From assembly GCF_963921235.1 (NCBI RefSeq), contig NC_086097.1, forward strand, positions 241,244,001-241,308,000: 64,000 bases of DNA. The letters are read 5' to 3'. Under the pieces are notes generated by a model that saw only the letters and a program-made list of their open reading frames with translations, made no database searches and had not been told where the DNA came from. Position numbers and translations under genes: made by a program. This stretch comes from Mobula hypostoma (Eukaryota). Positions 1-10,957 of the stretch are shown here, piece after piece (positions within the stretch are counted from its first letter, which is position 1; each line of letters begins with the position of its first letter).

Positions 1-157
1 CCCTAGTGCCCTTCCCTTGGGCAACATCGGTGGCGTGGAGAGAGGACACTTGCAGCATGGGCAACTGCCGATCTTCCATACAACCTTGCCCAGGCCTGCG
101 CCCTGGAAACCTTCCAAGGTGCAAATCCATGGTCTCATGAGACTAACGGATGCCTAT
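1..157 (+). mobile_element. 3' half of tRNA-headed SINE family A (cut by window edge)
   Basis: Matches the 3' half of the copies at 30288-30599 and 51681-51994 (tgcccttcccttgg...ccatggtctc...gactaacggatgcc). Confidence 0.85.
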
Positions 158-371
158 AATATACTGAGGTTAAGTGAAAAACTTTGTTTTGCTTGCCATC
201 CATACAGTTAATTTCATTACAACAATTCATCGTGTTAGCATAAGGGAAACAGCAACAGAATGCAAAATAATCGGAATCAGGTTTAATATCATTGGTCTGT
301 GTCCATGGCATTGGCTGTTGTGTTTATAATATTTAAAGTCTGTAAGTTATAGTGTGTATATGGATTAAATG

Positions 372-790
372 GGTAGTGGAATGGAAATACATCTCTACCA
401 AAGGCAGTGTAAGGTGCTCCTTCCCTCTGACAGTCTTGGGCAAGGTGTAGCACCTGCTTTGCCCCCCTCACCCCGATCAGGGTCATGTGAAGCCATGGGA
501 GCAGGTGTGGATGGTTTTAGGAGCAGCTGGCGTGTATCACAAGTCCTGGTTATGCTACCACTGACACCAGGCAGACAGTCTCCGAAGAGTATTGATAATG
601 GCTGGGGTCAACTGTCCTGTAAAGACACTGCCCAGAAGAAGGCAATGGTAAACCGCTTCTGTAGAAATATTTGCCAAGAATAAAAATAGTCATGGATAGA
701 GAAAAGGATAAGGATTTAAGCAGAGGCAACGATCTGATTAAAAACAGATGCAAGACCATGATCAAATGACACAGTATGCAATGATGAGGT
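372..790 (+). mobile_element. Non-autonomous RTE-related retroelement
   Basis: 3' part agaaggcaatggtaaaccgcttctgta...tttgccaagaa...catgga resembles BovB/RTE terminal sequence; no ORF; interrupts a Rex1 3' end. Confidence 0.6.
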
Positions 791-844
791 GATATATATT
801 AAACAAGTTCAATTAATTAAATAGTGCAAGAAGAGAAAAAGAGG

Positions 845-1615
845 CACGAGGTAGTGCTCACCGGTTCAATGTCCATTCAAAAATCGGATGGCATTTGGGA
901 AAAAGCTGTTCCTGAATCATTGAGTGTGAGCCTTCAGGCTTCTGTACCTCCTTCCTGATGGTAGCAATGAGTAGAGGGCATGTACTGGGTGATGGGGGTC
1001 CTGAATGATGGATGCCGCCTTTTTGAGGCATCGCTCCTTGAAGATGTCTTGGATGCTGAGGAGGCTGGTGCCCATGATGGAGCAGACTGAGTTCACAACT
1101 TTCTGCAGCTTACATTTGAAAGTGCTGCAGTTACAGAGAAAGTGCAGAGCAAGCAATCAATAAGGTGTAAAGCCATAACAAGGTCAAGAGTCCATCTTAT
1201 GATACAAGAGGACCATTCAATAGTCTATAACAGTGGGATAGAAGCTGCCCTAGAGCCTGGTGGGAGGTGCTTTCAGGCTCTTGAAACTTCTGCCCAATGG
1301 GGGGAAGGAGATGAGAGAATGCCTGAGGTAAGTGGTGCCTTTGTTTCTTTATCAGGGCTGCGAGAAGTCTAGACAGAGCCCATAGAGAGGAGCTCCATAA
1401 TGTGATGTGCTGAGCTGCATGTACAACTCTGCAGCTTCTTGTGGTCACAGGCAGAGCAGCTGCCATGCGAAGCCATGATTTATCTGCATAGAATTTATTT
1501 TTATGGTGCATTACTATATATTAGTAAGAGTTGACGGGGACATGCCAAATTTCTTTGGCCCCCTGAAAAAGTAGAGGCATTGGTGAGCCTTCTTGGCCAT
1601 GGCGTCTACATGGTT
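845..1615 (-). mobile_element. Two nested Rex1/Babar LINE 3' fragments
   Basis: Translations KAASIIQDPHHP..LLPSGRRYRSLK and LLPPIGQKFQ; junction near 1112; their tails lie at about 165-370. Confidence 0.75.
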
Positions 1616-1616
1616 A

Positions 1617-2185
1617 TTAGAAACATAGGAACACAGAAATCTACATCACATTACAGACCATGTAACCTACTCTAGAAACTGCCTAGAATTTCCCTACTAC
1701 ATAGCCCACTGTTTTTCTAAGCTGCACATACCTATCTAAGAGTCTCTTAAAAGACCCTATTGTATCCGCCTCTACCACCTTCTCTGGCAGTGCATTCCTC
1801 GCACCCACCACACTCTGTGTGAAAAACTTACCTCTGACATCCCCTTTGTACCCACTTCCAAGCACCTTAAAACTGCGCCCCCTCACGTTAGCCATTTCAG
1901 CCCTGGGTTAAAGGCTCTGGCTATCCACGTGATCAATGCCTCTCATCATCTTATACACCTCTATCAGGTCACCTCTCATCCTCCGTCGCCCCAAGGAGAA
2001 AAGGCCAAGTTCACTCAACGTATTCTCATAAGGCACACTCCTCAATCCAGCAGCATCGTTGTAAATCTCCTCTGCACTCTCTCTATACTTTCCACATCTT
2101 TCCTATGATGAGGTGACCGGAACTGAACACGGTACTCCAAATGAAGTCTAACTAAGTTCTTATATAGCTGTAACTCTTGAACTCT
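1617..2185 (-). mobile_element. CR1 LINE 3' fragment
   Basis: LYKNLVRLHLEYRVQFRSP, ERVQRRFT and FFTQSVVG motifs; ttctatgt-type tail. Confidence 0.85.
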
Positions 2186-2478
2186 TATTGGTAATGTTTT
2201 TCCAAGGATCTTGAAACGTTCAACCCTTGCAATCTCAGCACTGTTGATGTAAACAGTAGCAAGTGCAGTAAACTCAATGGGTTCAGTTCCTGAACTCATG
2301 TCTTGGATGTTGGGGAAGCTAGAGCTCATGATGGAGCTGACTGAGTTCACGACTTTGGGCAGCTTATTTTGAAAGTGTTGCAGTTACAGAGAGTACAGAG
2401 CAAGCAGACAATAAGGTGTAAGGCCATAACAAGGCCAAGAGTCCATCTTATCATACAAAAGGATCATTTAATAGTCTA

Positions 2479-2571
2479 GCAACACACATCAAAGTTGCTG
2501 GTGAACGCAGCAGGCCAGGCAGCGTCTCTAGGAAGAGGTACAGTCGACGTTTCGGGCCGAGACCCTCCGTC
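2479..2571 (-). mobile_element. PLE pseudo-LTR end with truncated hammerhead
   Basis: Reverse complement gacggagggtctcggcccgaaacgtcgactgtacctcttcctag...gatgtgtgttgc is nearly identical to 29220-29312 and 44027-44116. Confidence 0.9.
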
Positions 2572-2926
2572 TATTTCCTTACTTTTTAAACTTTTTAACT
2601 TAGGTTATTTGTTGTATTTTTTTTCTCACGGTAACACGTTGAAGCTGCACCCTCTCTAAGATGCTGGTGGAGAGAGTTTTCCTTGGTTTTTTAGTGCTGG
2701 AAATAGTTACATTCGGACACGTCTCATTAGCGTGGCAACAGTATGGTCGTACTGTTTATTCCAGGGACTAGCTGATCGCGCTTATGCCGGCCGGTTTAGC
2801 GAACAGAGCGGCGGACACCCCAGCTGAAATCTGGAGGAAAACACACAGAGGATGCAGAGGGGGATCAAAAAGGCGAGGGAAGAGGACCGGGTCAAGACAA
2901 CAGAGGCTTATGGAGAAGAGAAGTTA
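2572..2926 (+). mobile_element. Probable 5' region of a Rex1/L2-type LINE
   Basis: CpG-rich; encodes a basic stretch IWRKTHRGCRGGSKRRGKR like the one preceding the APE domain in this group. Confidence 0.5.
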
Positions 2927-3369
2927 TAATAGTCTATAACAGTGGGATAGAAGCTGTTCTAGAGCCTGGTGGGTAAGTGCGGAACTCAATGGGGTTCAGT
3001 TCTTTCATTTTGGTGACATTGAGGGAAAAGCTGTTGTCATGGCAACATGCTACTAGGCACTTTATGTCCTTCCTCTACTCCAACTCATCATGATGTGGAA
3101 TGTGGCCAGCTATGGTGGTGTCATCTGCAAAATGATGGAGTTAGAGCAGAATCGAATCTGTGCATGAGATGTCAGTGTATATGGACAAGAGCAGGGGGCA
3201 CCAATGTCGAGAATGATCATGGCAGAGATGTTGCTGCCTATCCTTACTGTTTGTGGTTTTTTGGCCAGGATATCAACAGTTGCTAGGGGAGATGTTGTGT
3301 CTCAGGTTTAGGAGTTTGAGATGAGTTAATTTGGAACTATAGAACTGAAGGCTGTAGTGAATAAAAATT

Positions 3370-3710
3370 CGAAGATTCAAAGTACATTTACTATCAATGT
3401 TTGTATGTAGTATACAACCTTGAGGTTCGTCCTCCCTACAGACAGCCAGGAAACAAAGAAAACCATGGAACCTGTTCAAAGAAAAACATCAAACACCCAA
3501 CATGCAAAAAAATTGTGCAAACACCAAAAAAGAAAAGAAGCCAAAAACACAGAATATAAAACATCAAACCACAAAGTCAACCAAACAGTCCAAGAAGGTT
3601 CCGTTTCAGCTCAGTTCAGGTCAATGCAGTGCCGTGTTGTTCATTGACTGCAGGTCACCAAGCCAGTCTGCCCTGATCTAAGTCACACAAAATAGCAACA
3701 AAAAAGAACA
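3370..3710 (-). mobile_element. Non-autonomous element with LINE-like 3' tail (family D)
   Basis: Shared tail ttcaaagtacatttattatcaa...tacaaccttgagattcgtc...cagcca also near 9045, 27200-27367(+), 32545, 46520, 51440 and 60180. Confidence 0.65.
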
Positions 3711-4353
3711 ATACTCTAATGTAGGTGCCTTTATTGTCCACATGCTCCAGATATGAATGCAAGGCCAGGAAGATGGTGCCTAGCGTAGATCTGTTTCAAC
3801 TGTAGGCAGATGGCAGTGAGCTAAGGTGCCTGGGAGGCTGGGGTTGAAGTGAAATGACTAGCCTCTCGGAGCAGCTCCAATCAGGTTAAAATTATGCTCT
3901 TCCTATTAGCCGTTTTTGCCCTGGGAAAAAGACACTGGCTGTCCACTCTATCTATGCCTCTTATCATCTTCTACATCTCCGTCAAGTCACCTCTCATCCT
4001 GGTTCCCTAGCTCACTCAACCAATGCTCGTAAAACATGCTAATCCAATCAGCATCCTAGTAAATCTGCACCCTCTCTAAAACTTTCACATCCTTCCTGTA
4101 GTGAGGAAATTAGAACTGAATGCAATATTCCAGTGTGGTTTAACCAGAGTTTTATAGAGCCCTCATGGCTCTTGAACTCAATCCCTCCCAATTAATAAAG
4201 ATCAGCACATCATACGACTTCTTAACAACCCTATCAAGTTCTGCAGCATCTTTGAGGGATCGATGGGTGAGAACCATAGATTAAAAAAAACAGGAACCGT
4301 GGCCAGCCTTGGCCTCAAGAGATGTTAAGGAGAGCATCAAATCAAAGCAATAG

Positions 4354-5075
4354 AAACATAGAAACATAGAAAATAGGTGCAGGAGTAGGCCATTCGGCCC
4401 TTCGAGCCTGCACCGCCATTTATTATGATCATGGCTGATCATCCAACTCAGAACCCTGCCCCAGCCTTCCCTCCATACCCCCTGACCCCTGTAGCCACAA
4501 GGGCCATATCTAACTCCCTCTTAAATATAGCCAATGAACTGGCCTCAACAGTTTCCTGTGGCAGAGAATTCCACAGATTCACCACTCTCTGTGTGAAGAA
4601 GTTTTTCCTAATCTCGGTCCTAAAAGGCTTCCCCTTTATCCTCAAACTGTGGCCCCTCGTTCTGGACTTCCCCAACATCGGGAACAATCTTCCTGCATCT
4701 AGCCTGTCCAATCCCTTTAGGATCTTATACGTTTCAATCAGATCCCCCCTCAATCTTCTAAATTCCAACGAGTACAAGCCCAGTTCATCCAGTCTTTCTT
4801 CATATGAAAGACCTGCCATCCCAGGAATCAATCTGGTGAACCTTCTTTGTACTCCCTCTATGGCAAAGATGTCTTTCCTCAGATTAGGGGACCAAAACTG
4901 CACACAATACTCCAGGTGTGGTCTCACCAAGGCCTTGTACAACTGCAGTAGTACCTCCCTGCTCCTGTACTCGAATCCTCTTGCTATAAATGCCAGCATA
5001 CCATTCGCCTTTTTCACCGCCTGCTGTACCTGCATGCCCACTTTCAATGACTGGGGTATAATGACACCCAGGTCT
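4354..5075 (-). mobile_element. Young 5'-truncated CR1 LINE (ORF2 C-terminus, intact frame)
   Basis: 199-aa ORF 4448-5047 with YKALVRPHLEYCVQFWSP and NFFTQRVVNLWNSLP; (ttctatgt)n tail; caatag direct repeats at 4348-4353 and 5076-5081; splits an older + strand CR1. Confidence 0.95.
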
Positions 5076-5189
5076 CAATAGGATTATATTGTTATTAAAA
5101 ATAGCAACAAGCATGAGAGCTTGGCAAATTTCAGATTTCAGCAAAGGAAGGCCAAGGAATTGATAAGGGAAACTAAGAATATATGGGTA

Positions 5190-5958
5190 GTTGAAGAAAA
5201 TATGTTATAGAGAAAGGATGAAGAGGTTAGACCTTTATTTCCTGGATCTTAGGAGAATGCAGGGAGATTTGATAGAGGTGTGCGAAATTATGAAGGGTAT
5301 AGACAGGCTTTTTCCACCGAGTCATAAACACAAGAAATTCAGCAGATACTGGAAATACAACAACAACACACACATAATGCTGGAGGAACTCAACAAGTTA
5401 GGCAGTATCAATGGAAACAAGTAAACAGTCAACGTTTCAGGCCAAGACCTGAAGAAGGGTCTCGACCAAAACATCAACTGTTTATTCATTTCATTGATGC
5501 TGCCTGACCTGCTGAATTTCTCCAGCATTACGTGGGTGTTGCTTTTTCTACCGAGGTTGGACAAGAGTTGACTAAGAACTAGAAAGCACAAGATTAAGGG
5601 TGGAAAGTGAAATATTTAAGGATAAATGCATACAGGCTTTTTTCACTGATGCTGGGTGAGGCTGGAACTAGAGGTCATAGGTTAGGGGTGAAAGGTGAAA
5701 TACTTAAGGCAAACATGAGGGGAAATTTCTTTACTCAGAGGCTGTTCAGTGAATGGAATGAGCTGCCGGCAGAAGTGGTGGACGCAAGTTCAATTTCAAC
5801 ATTTAAGGGAAGTTTGAATAAGTACGTGGATGGGAGATGTATGGAGGGCTATTGTTCAGGTGCAGGTCGATGGGGCCTGACAGATAATAGTCCAGCACAG
5901 ATTATTTGTGCAGAAGGGCCTGTTTCTGGTGCTGCCCTATGACTCTATGATTCTATTC
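5190..5958 (+). mobile_element. CR1 3' fragments, interrupted at 5322-5540
   Basis: RRMQGDLIEV and GNFFTQR..WNELPAEVV motifs; ctatgact tail. Confidence 0.8.
5322..5540. mobile_element. Palindromic PLE mini-element (two inverted pseudo-LTR ends)
   Basis: Arms are reverse complements around 5449; 15-bp TSD gctttttc(c/t)accgag at 5307-5321 and 5541-5555. Confidence 0.85.
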
Positions 5959-6227
5959 GAAAACAGACTCAGATATAAAAATCTTGACTGATGCTAAAAA
6001 TTAACAGCTAAAATTAAAGTGGGGTCTTTATAAAATGAGAAAGAAACACGGTACATCCAAGAACAAATCTAATGCGTCTTTCTTCATGAAAAATGAGGCA
6101 TAGAAAACCTTCCAGAAAGTGGAGATAGCTACCAGCCTTTAGTGAATGAGGAAATCGAAGCAATTGTCTTTGGAGAAAGGTTCAAAGTTCAAAGTTCACT
6201 GAAGAATTTAAAGCTGCTGACCCTCTC

Positions 6228-6383
6228 CAGTCGGCGTTTCGGGCCGTTTGAATCCTGCCGAAGGGTTTCGGGCCGAAACGTCGACTGTACTTTTTTCCAT
6301 AGATGCTGCCTGGCCTGCTGAGCTCCTCCAGCATTTTGTGTGTGTTACTCGGATTTCCAGCATTTGCAGATTTTCTCTTGTTT
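6228..6383 (+). mobile_element. PLE pseudo-LTR end with hammerhead variant and short inverted half copy
   Basis: ctgccgaagggtttcgggccgaaacgtcgactg at 6255-6287; inverted cagtcggcgtttcgggccg at 6228-6246. Confidence 0.8.
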
Positions 6384-6384
6384 G

Positions 6385-6728
6385 AGAGTGGAATCGTAGT
6401 TGGGAAAAGGGGAAGGGAGAGGAGAGGGAGCGGGAAGAGCAGAGGGACGTTGTGTAATGATCAATAAACCCAATTGTTTGGGATCAGATGACATTGCTTG
6501 GTGTCTCATGGCTGGGTGTGTGTCTGTCCCCATGCCATTCCTCATCCCTGGCACCCCTTCTCTGCCACCGGTCCCACACCACCTCCACGGCACCCACCCT
6601 GGCCATTTCCAACATTCTTTGCTCCCACTGGATTTACAGACTTGCTCTCTGCTCCACATTGACAAATGCAGTACCGTGCAAAAGTCTTAGGTATGTACAG
6701 GTGTCTAAGAGTCCTGCACAGTATTGTA
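6385..6728. mobile_element. Composite repeat: purine/pyrimidine-skewed unit plus Tc1-type TIR mini-palindrome
   Basis: Colinear with 31350-31713; cagtaccgtgcaaaagtcttagg...ctaagagtcctgcacagtattg at 6669-6726. Confidence 0.7.
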
Positions 6729-6894
6729 TGTTCTATGTCCTATGACCTGTATACCAAGACAATAAAAGAGGTGATTCAATGAAACACACTGGTTGACATA
6801 TTCCAATTTTCCAATGCATCTTAATTAATCACTACAGATTTGAAGAAAATAAGCATAACCACACTGCTTAATAAAGAAGGGTCATCATAAACTG

Positions 6895-7477
6895 TGGGAC
6901 TGCGGGACTGCTTCATTGGGAACCCTCCACTCCATCCACCAAAAGTGGAACTTCCCAGTAACCAAATCTTTTAATTCTAATTCCCATTCCCGTTCCAACG
7001 TATGTGTTCATTGCCTCTTGTGCCAAGAAGAGGCCACCCTCAATGCGGAAGAACAACATCTTCTATTCCGTCTCGGTAGCCTCCAACCTGATGGCATGAA
7101 TATCGATTTCCCCTTCCAGGGAAAAAAATTCCCTCCCCCTCCCCTCTTCTTATATTCCCCACTCTCACCTCTTTCCTCTTTTCACCTGCTTATCACCTCC
7201 CTCTGGGCCCCCTCCTGCTTCCCTTTCTCCTATGGTCCGCTCTCCTCTCCTATCAGATCCTTTCCTCTCCTGCCCTTTACATTTCCCACCCACCTGGCTT
7301 CACCTATTACGTCCTAGCCTGTCCTCCTTTCTGTCCCCCCACCTTTTTATTCTGGCATCTTCCCCTTCCTTTCCAGACCTGAAGAAGGGTCTCGGCCTGA
7401 AAAATCGACTGTTTATTCATTTCCGTAGATGCTGCCTGAACTGCTGAGCTCCTCCAGCATTTTGTGTGTGTGTTGCC
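6895..7477 (+). mobile_element. Degenerate PLE: GIY-YIG C-terminus, pseudo-LTR and hammerhead
   Basis: EEQHLLFRLGSLQPDGMNIDF; pyrimidine tract; ctgaagaagggtctcggcctgaaaaatcgactg at 7379-7411. Confidence 0.85.
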
Positions 7478-8559
7478 TATTACAGACGAGCTGTAAAAAC
7501 ATGCTGGAGGCACTCAGCAGCTCAGTCAGCATCTGTGGAAAGAGTAGTGGTTAAAGTTTCAGGACTGGCATTCAATAGCCCTGAAGGAGTGTCTGATTCA
7601 CTTCCCCCAGATTCTGCCTGACCTGCTGGAAATGACCTTCCTGTATTCTCTGTTTGATTTCAGACTTTTAGCATCTGAACTTTGTGTGATTTTCATTGGC
7701 CTGACGTCCGCACAAGGAAAAATACTGCACTCTATTAATGACACCGAGATAACGGTGTGTCCAGCGCGTCCAGTTTAATTGCAATGCTTAGTGGCTCCAG
7801 CATGCAAGTAGGAGCCTTACACACTGCAAAGCCTGTTCCTGGCATTGCTCAGCTTTCTCAATGGGAAGAGGGAGCCACCTGCTTATGCTCGGTCCCATGC
7901 AAAATGTCCTTCCAGAGATTGTGCTTGCTGAGGAAGATGATCAATGAACAGATGGTTTGTGATGAAGAGGTTGCCATGGAGAGCTGCAAACAACAGCTGA
8001 GGATCTCAGCTATCAGAGCTGGCTAACATAAAGCAGTGCTTTCCTTGCTCTGGCAAAGTGCAATGTTTTCGACCATAACACCATAAGACAAAGGAGAAGA
8101 ATTAGGCCATTCGACCCATCAAGTCTACTCCACCATTACATCATGGCTGATTTATTATCTCTTCAACCCCATTCTCCTGCCTTCTCCACATAACCCTTAT
8201 TAATGAAGAACCCATCAACCTCCGCTTTAAATATACCCAGTGACTTGGCCTCCACAGAAGTTTACAGATTCACGACCCTCGGGCTAAAGAAATTCTTCTT
8301 CATCTCTATTCTAAAGGTTCAACCTCCTCGCCCATTGTTCAGGAAAGTACTTTATACTTTTATACTTTATTGTCGCCAAACAATTGATACTAGAACGTAC
8401 AATCATCACAGCGATATTTGATTCTGCGCTTCCCGCTCCCTGGAGTACAAATCGATACTGAATATTAAAAATTTAAATTATAAATCATAAATAGAAAATA
8501 GAAAATGGAAAATGGAAAGTAAGGTAGAAGGAAAGACAAAGATAACTATGAGCTTTACT

Positions 8560-8848
8560 TGCCTCAGGTACATCGAAAGGTCCAAACGTACAGGAAGTGC
8601 ATCATTTGTCAAATCAAACCAACGAAGATTTTGCTCGGCAGTCTGGGAGTGTCGCCATGCCCTCGGTACCAACATAGCATGCCCACAACCCACGAACCCT
8701 AAGCATACGTCATTGGAATGCGGGAGTAAACCAGAGCGCCCAGAGAAAACTCCACGGTCACGAGGAGATTCCTTCCAGGCAATGGCGCTATTGAACCCTA
8801 ATGCTTGATCACTATGAAGTGACGAGCTTACCGTTACGCGAAAGTGCA
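8560..8848 (-). mobile_element. HE1/V-SINE-like tRNA-derived SINE
   Basis: V-domain-like ggaatgcgggagtaaaccagagcgcccagagaaaac (reverse) and B-box-like ttgaacc. Confidence 0.6.
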
Positions 8849-9651
8849 ACCTATTTTGGATAAAAGACTGAAAATGGCCCTCTTTGTTTCAGAATGTCAG
8901 TAAAATGGGCAACATGGTCGCGTAGTGGCTCTCGAAGCGCTATCCAACACTACTGGGTGGGGTTCAATTGCCACTGCTGACCGGCTGTCTGTGAGGAATT
9001 TATATACGCTCTCTGTGGCTGTGTCTGTTTCAATGGTTCAAAAATAAAGTTTAAAGGCTCATTTTATTGTTAAAGTATGCATGTGCAACACAACTCTGAT
9101 ATTTGTCTTCTCCAGATAAATACAGAAAGACCATGGGTGTCGATGAAAGAAAAGACATCAAGTCCCTTTGCCAGGCGTGAAAAAGAAAAGAAACAAAACT
9201 CACAGACTCCAAAACACCTCCATCGCCCGCATCAAAAAAACAGCAACAATAACAATCACCGACCCCCTCACTCACAGAAAAGAACAACGACAGTAGCACC
9301 AAACACCCAGCACCCACTCTTACACACAAAAGATTAACAGATCACCCATCCACCAATCATCCACAAAAAAAAACACCAAAAAAACTGAAGGAAACCAATA
9401 TAAAATACAGTCCAATAATGATATAAATTTTAGAATATGGGAAACGTGTTTTTGTCTGCATATGAAGAGAGCAGCCGCACAAACTCCAGCTTTCCATAAA
9501 GAGTGTCTGCTGATCTGAGTCTGAATGTGGCCAACCCGAGTCCGAACATTGCTGATCCAGGGTCAAACACGCCGATCTGGTGGCTGACCATCTCCGTTGG
9601 GAACCATCGCTGATTCCCCCCCAATTACAAAGAAAGCACATCAGCGCCTTT

Positions 9652-9766
9652 AGGAAGAGGTAGATTCGACTGTACCTCTTCCTAGAAATGCTGCCTGGCC
9701 TGCTGCGTTCACCAGCAACTCTGATGTGTGTTGCTTGAATTTCCAGCATCTGCAGAATTCCTCGTG
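9652..9766 (+). mobile_element. 115-bp PLE-derived insertion starting at the hammerhead cleavage site with a fold-back
   Basis: TSD tcagc(g/a)ccttt at 9641-9651 and 9767-9777; palindrome centred at 9667/9668. Confidence 0.85.
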
Positions 9767-10406
9767 TCAGCACCTTTACTTTCTTAGAAGTTTGCAAAGA
9801 TTCAGAATAACATCTAAAACTTCGACAAACTTCTATAGATGTGTGGTGGAGAGTATATTGAATGGTTCCATCATGGCCAGATATAGAAACTCCAATGCCC
9901 TTGAACTGAAAACCCTACAAAAGGTAGTGGATACGGCCCAGTCCATCATGGGTAAAACCCTCCCCACCATTGCGCGAATCTACACGAGCGCTCTTGCAGG
10001 AATGTAGCATCCATCATCAAGGACCCCACTACCCATTCGGGGAATGGTACAGGAGCCTCAGGATTCACACCACTAGGTTCAGGAACAGTTATTACCCCTC
10101 AACCATCAGGCTCTTGAACGGGGGGATAACTTCACTTACCCCATTACAGAATTGTTCCCACAACGTATTCACTCAATTTCAAGGATTCTTCCTCTCATGT
10201 TCTCAATATTTATTGCTTATTTATTTATTATTTTTATTTCTTTTTCCTTTTGTATCTGCACAGCTGTTTGTCTTATTGCTCATTCGTTGTTTGTTTATCC
10301 TGTTGTCTGTTGTTTGTCATTAATTCTGTTATGTTTCTTGGATTTACTGAGCATGCCTGCAAGAAAACGAATCTCGGGTTTGTACATACTGACATACATG
10401 TACTTT

Positions 10407-10957
10407 AAAAAAGGATCTAGTGCTTTCCAGGCGAATATGAAGCATAAAATCTCAGGCTTCCAGCCAGGTCCAGAGGTTAATCTTAACTGACATTTCAATG
10501 ACAAACTCTGTCATCTTCATCAGTGATGATGCCTAGGCACGTCTAGTCCGATGGTATATATACTCATCTTCTGTCATCCATCCCTCCTGATTGGCTAGTC
10601 CTCAACCAATCAGGTTTCTGCTGTCCCATCTTGTTTAAGATCAGGTTTCCATGGTCACAGCTTGTTTTTGAGACCACCTAGTGAAGGAATAAGACTTGAG
10701 GATAAGAATTTGAACAAAGCTGAAGGTCTCAATCTAAGTAAGAACTGCAATACAATTTTAAACAAGGAGGGACACAGAAACCTGATTGGTCGAGGACTAA
10801 CCAATCAAGAAGGACGGACTATGGGAGATGAGTATATATACCTTCAGACTAGACCTGCCTAGGCATTATCCCTGATGAAGATGGTGGAGATTGTCATGGA
10901 AACGTTGATTAAAATCAACACCTGGACCTGGCTGGAAGCCCAAGAACAGCTTATGTG
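10407..10957. mobile_element. Second PLE lineage (Penelope/Poseidon-like): inverted pseudo-LTRs around a GIY-YIG C-terminal remnant
   Basis: About 190-bp inverted arms (10452-10638, 10757-10944); EGIRLEDKNLNKAEGLNLSKN in the spacer; hammerhead core in each arm; perfect 13-bp TSD atacatgtacttt at 10394-10406 and 10958-10970. Confidence 0.85.
10868..10910 (+). ncRNA. Minimal hammerhead ribozyme motif, PLE lineage 2 (mirror copy at 10485-10527, minus strand)
   Basis: CTGATGA-A-stem II-GAAACGTT; mirror copy has a 7-bp stem II GATGACA/TGTCATT and GAAATGTC. Confidence 0.7.

Noticed and set aside
4425..5081. 218-aa plus-strand ORF
   Set aside because: Antisense shadow of the CR1 ORF2 fragment
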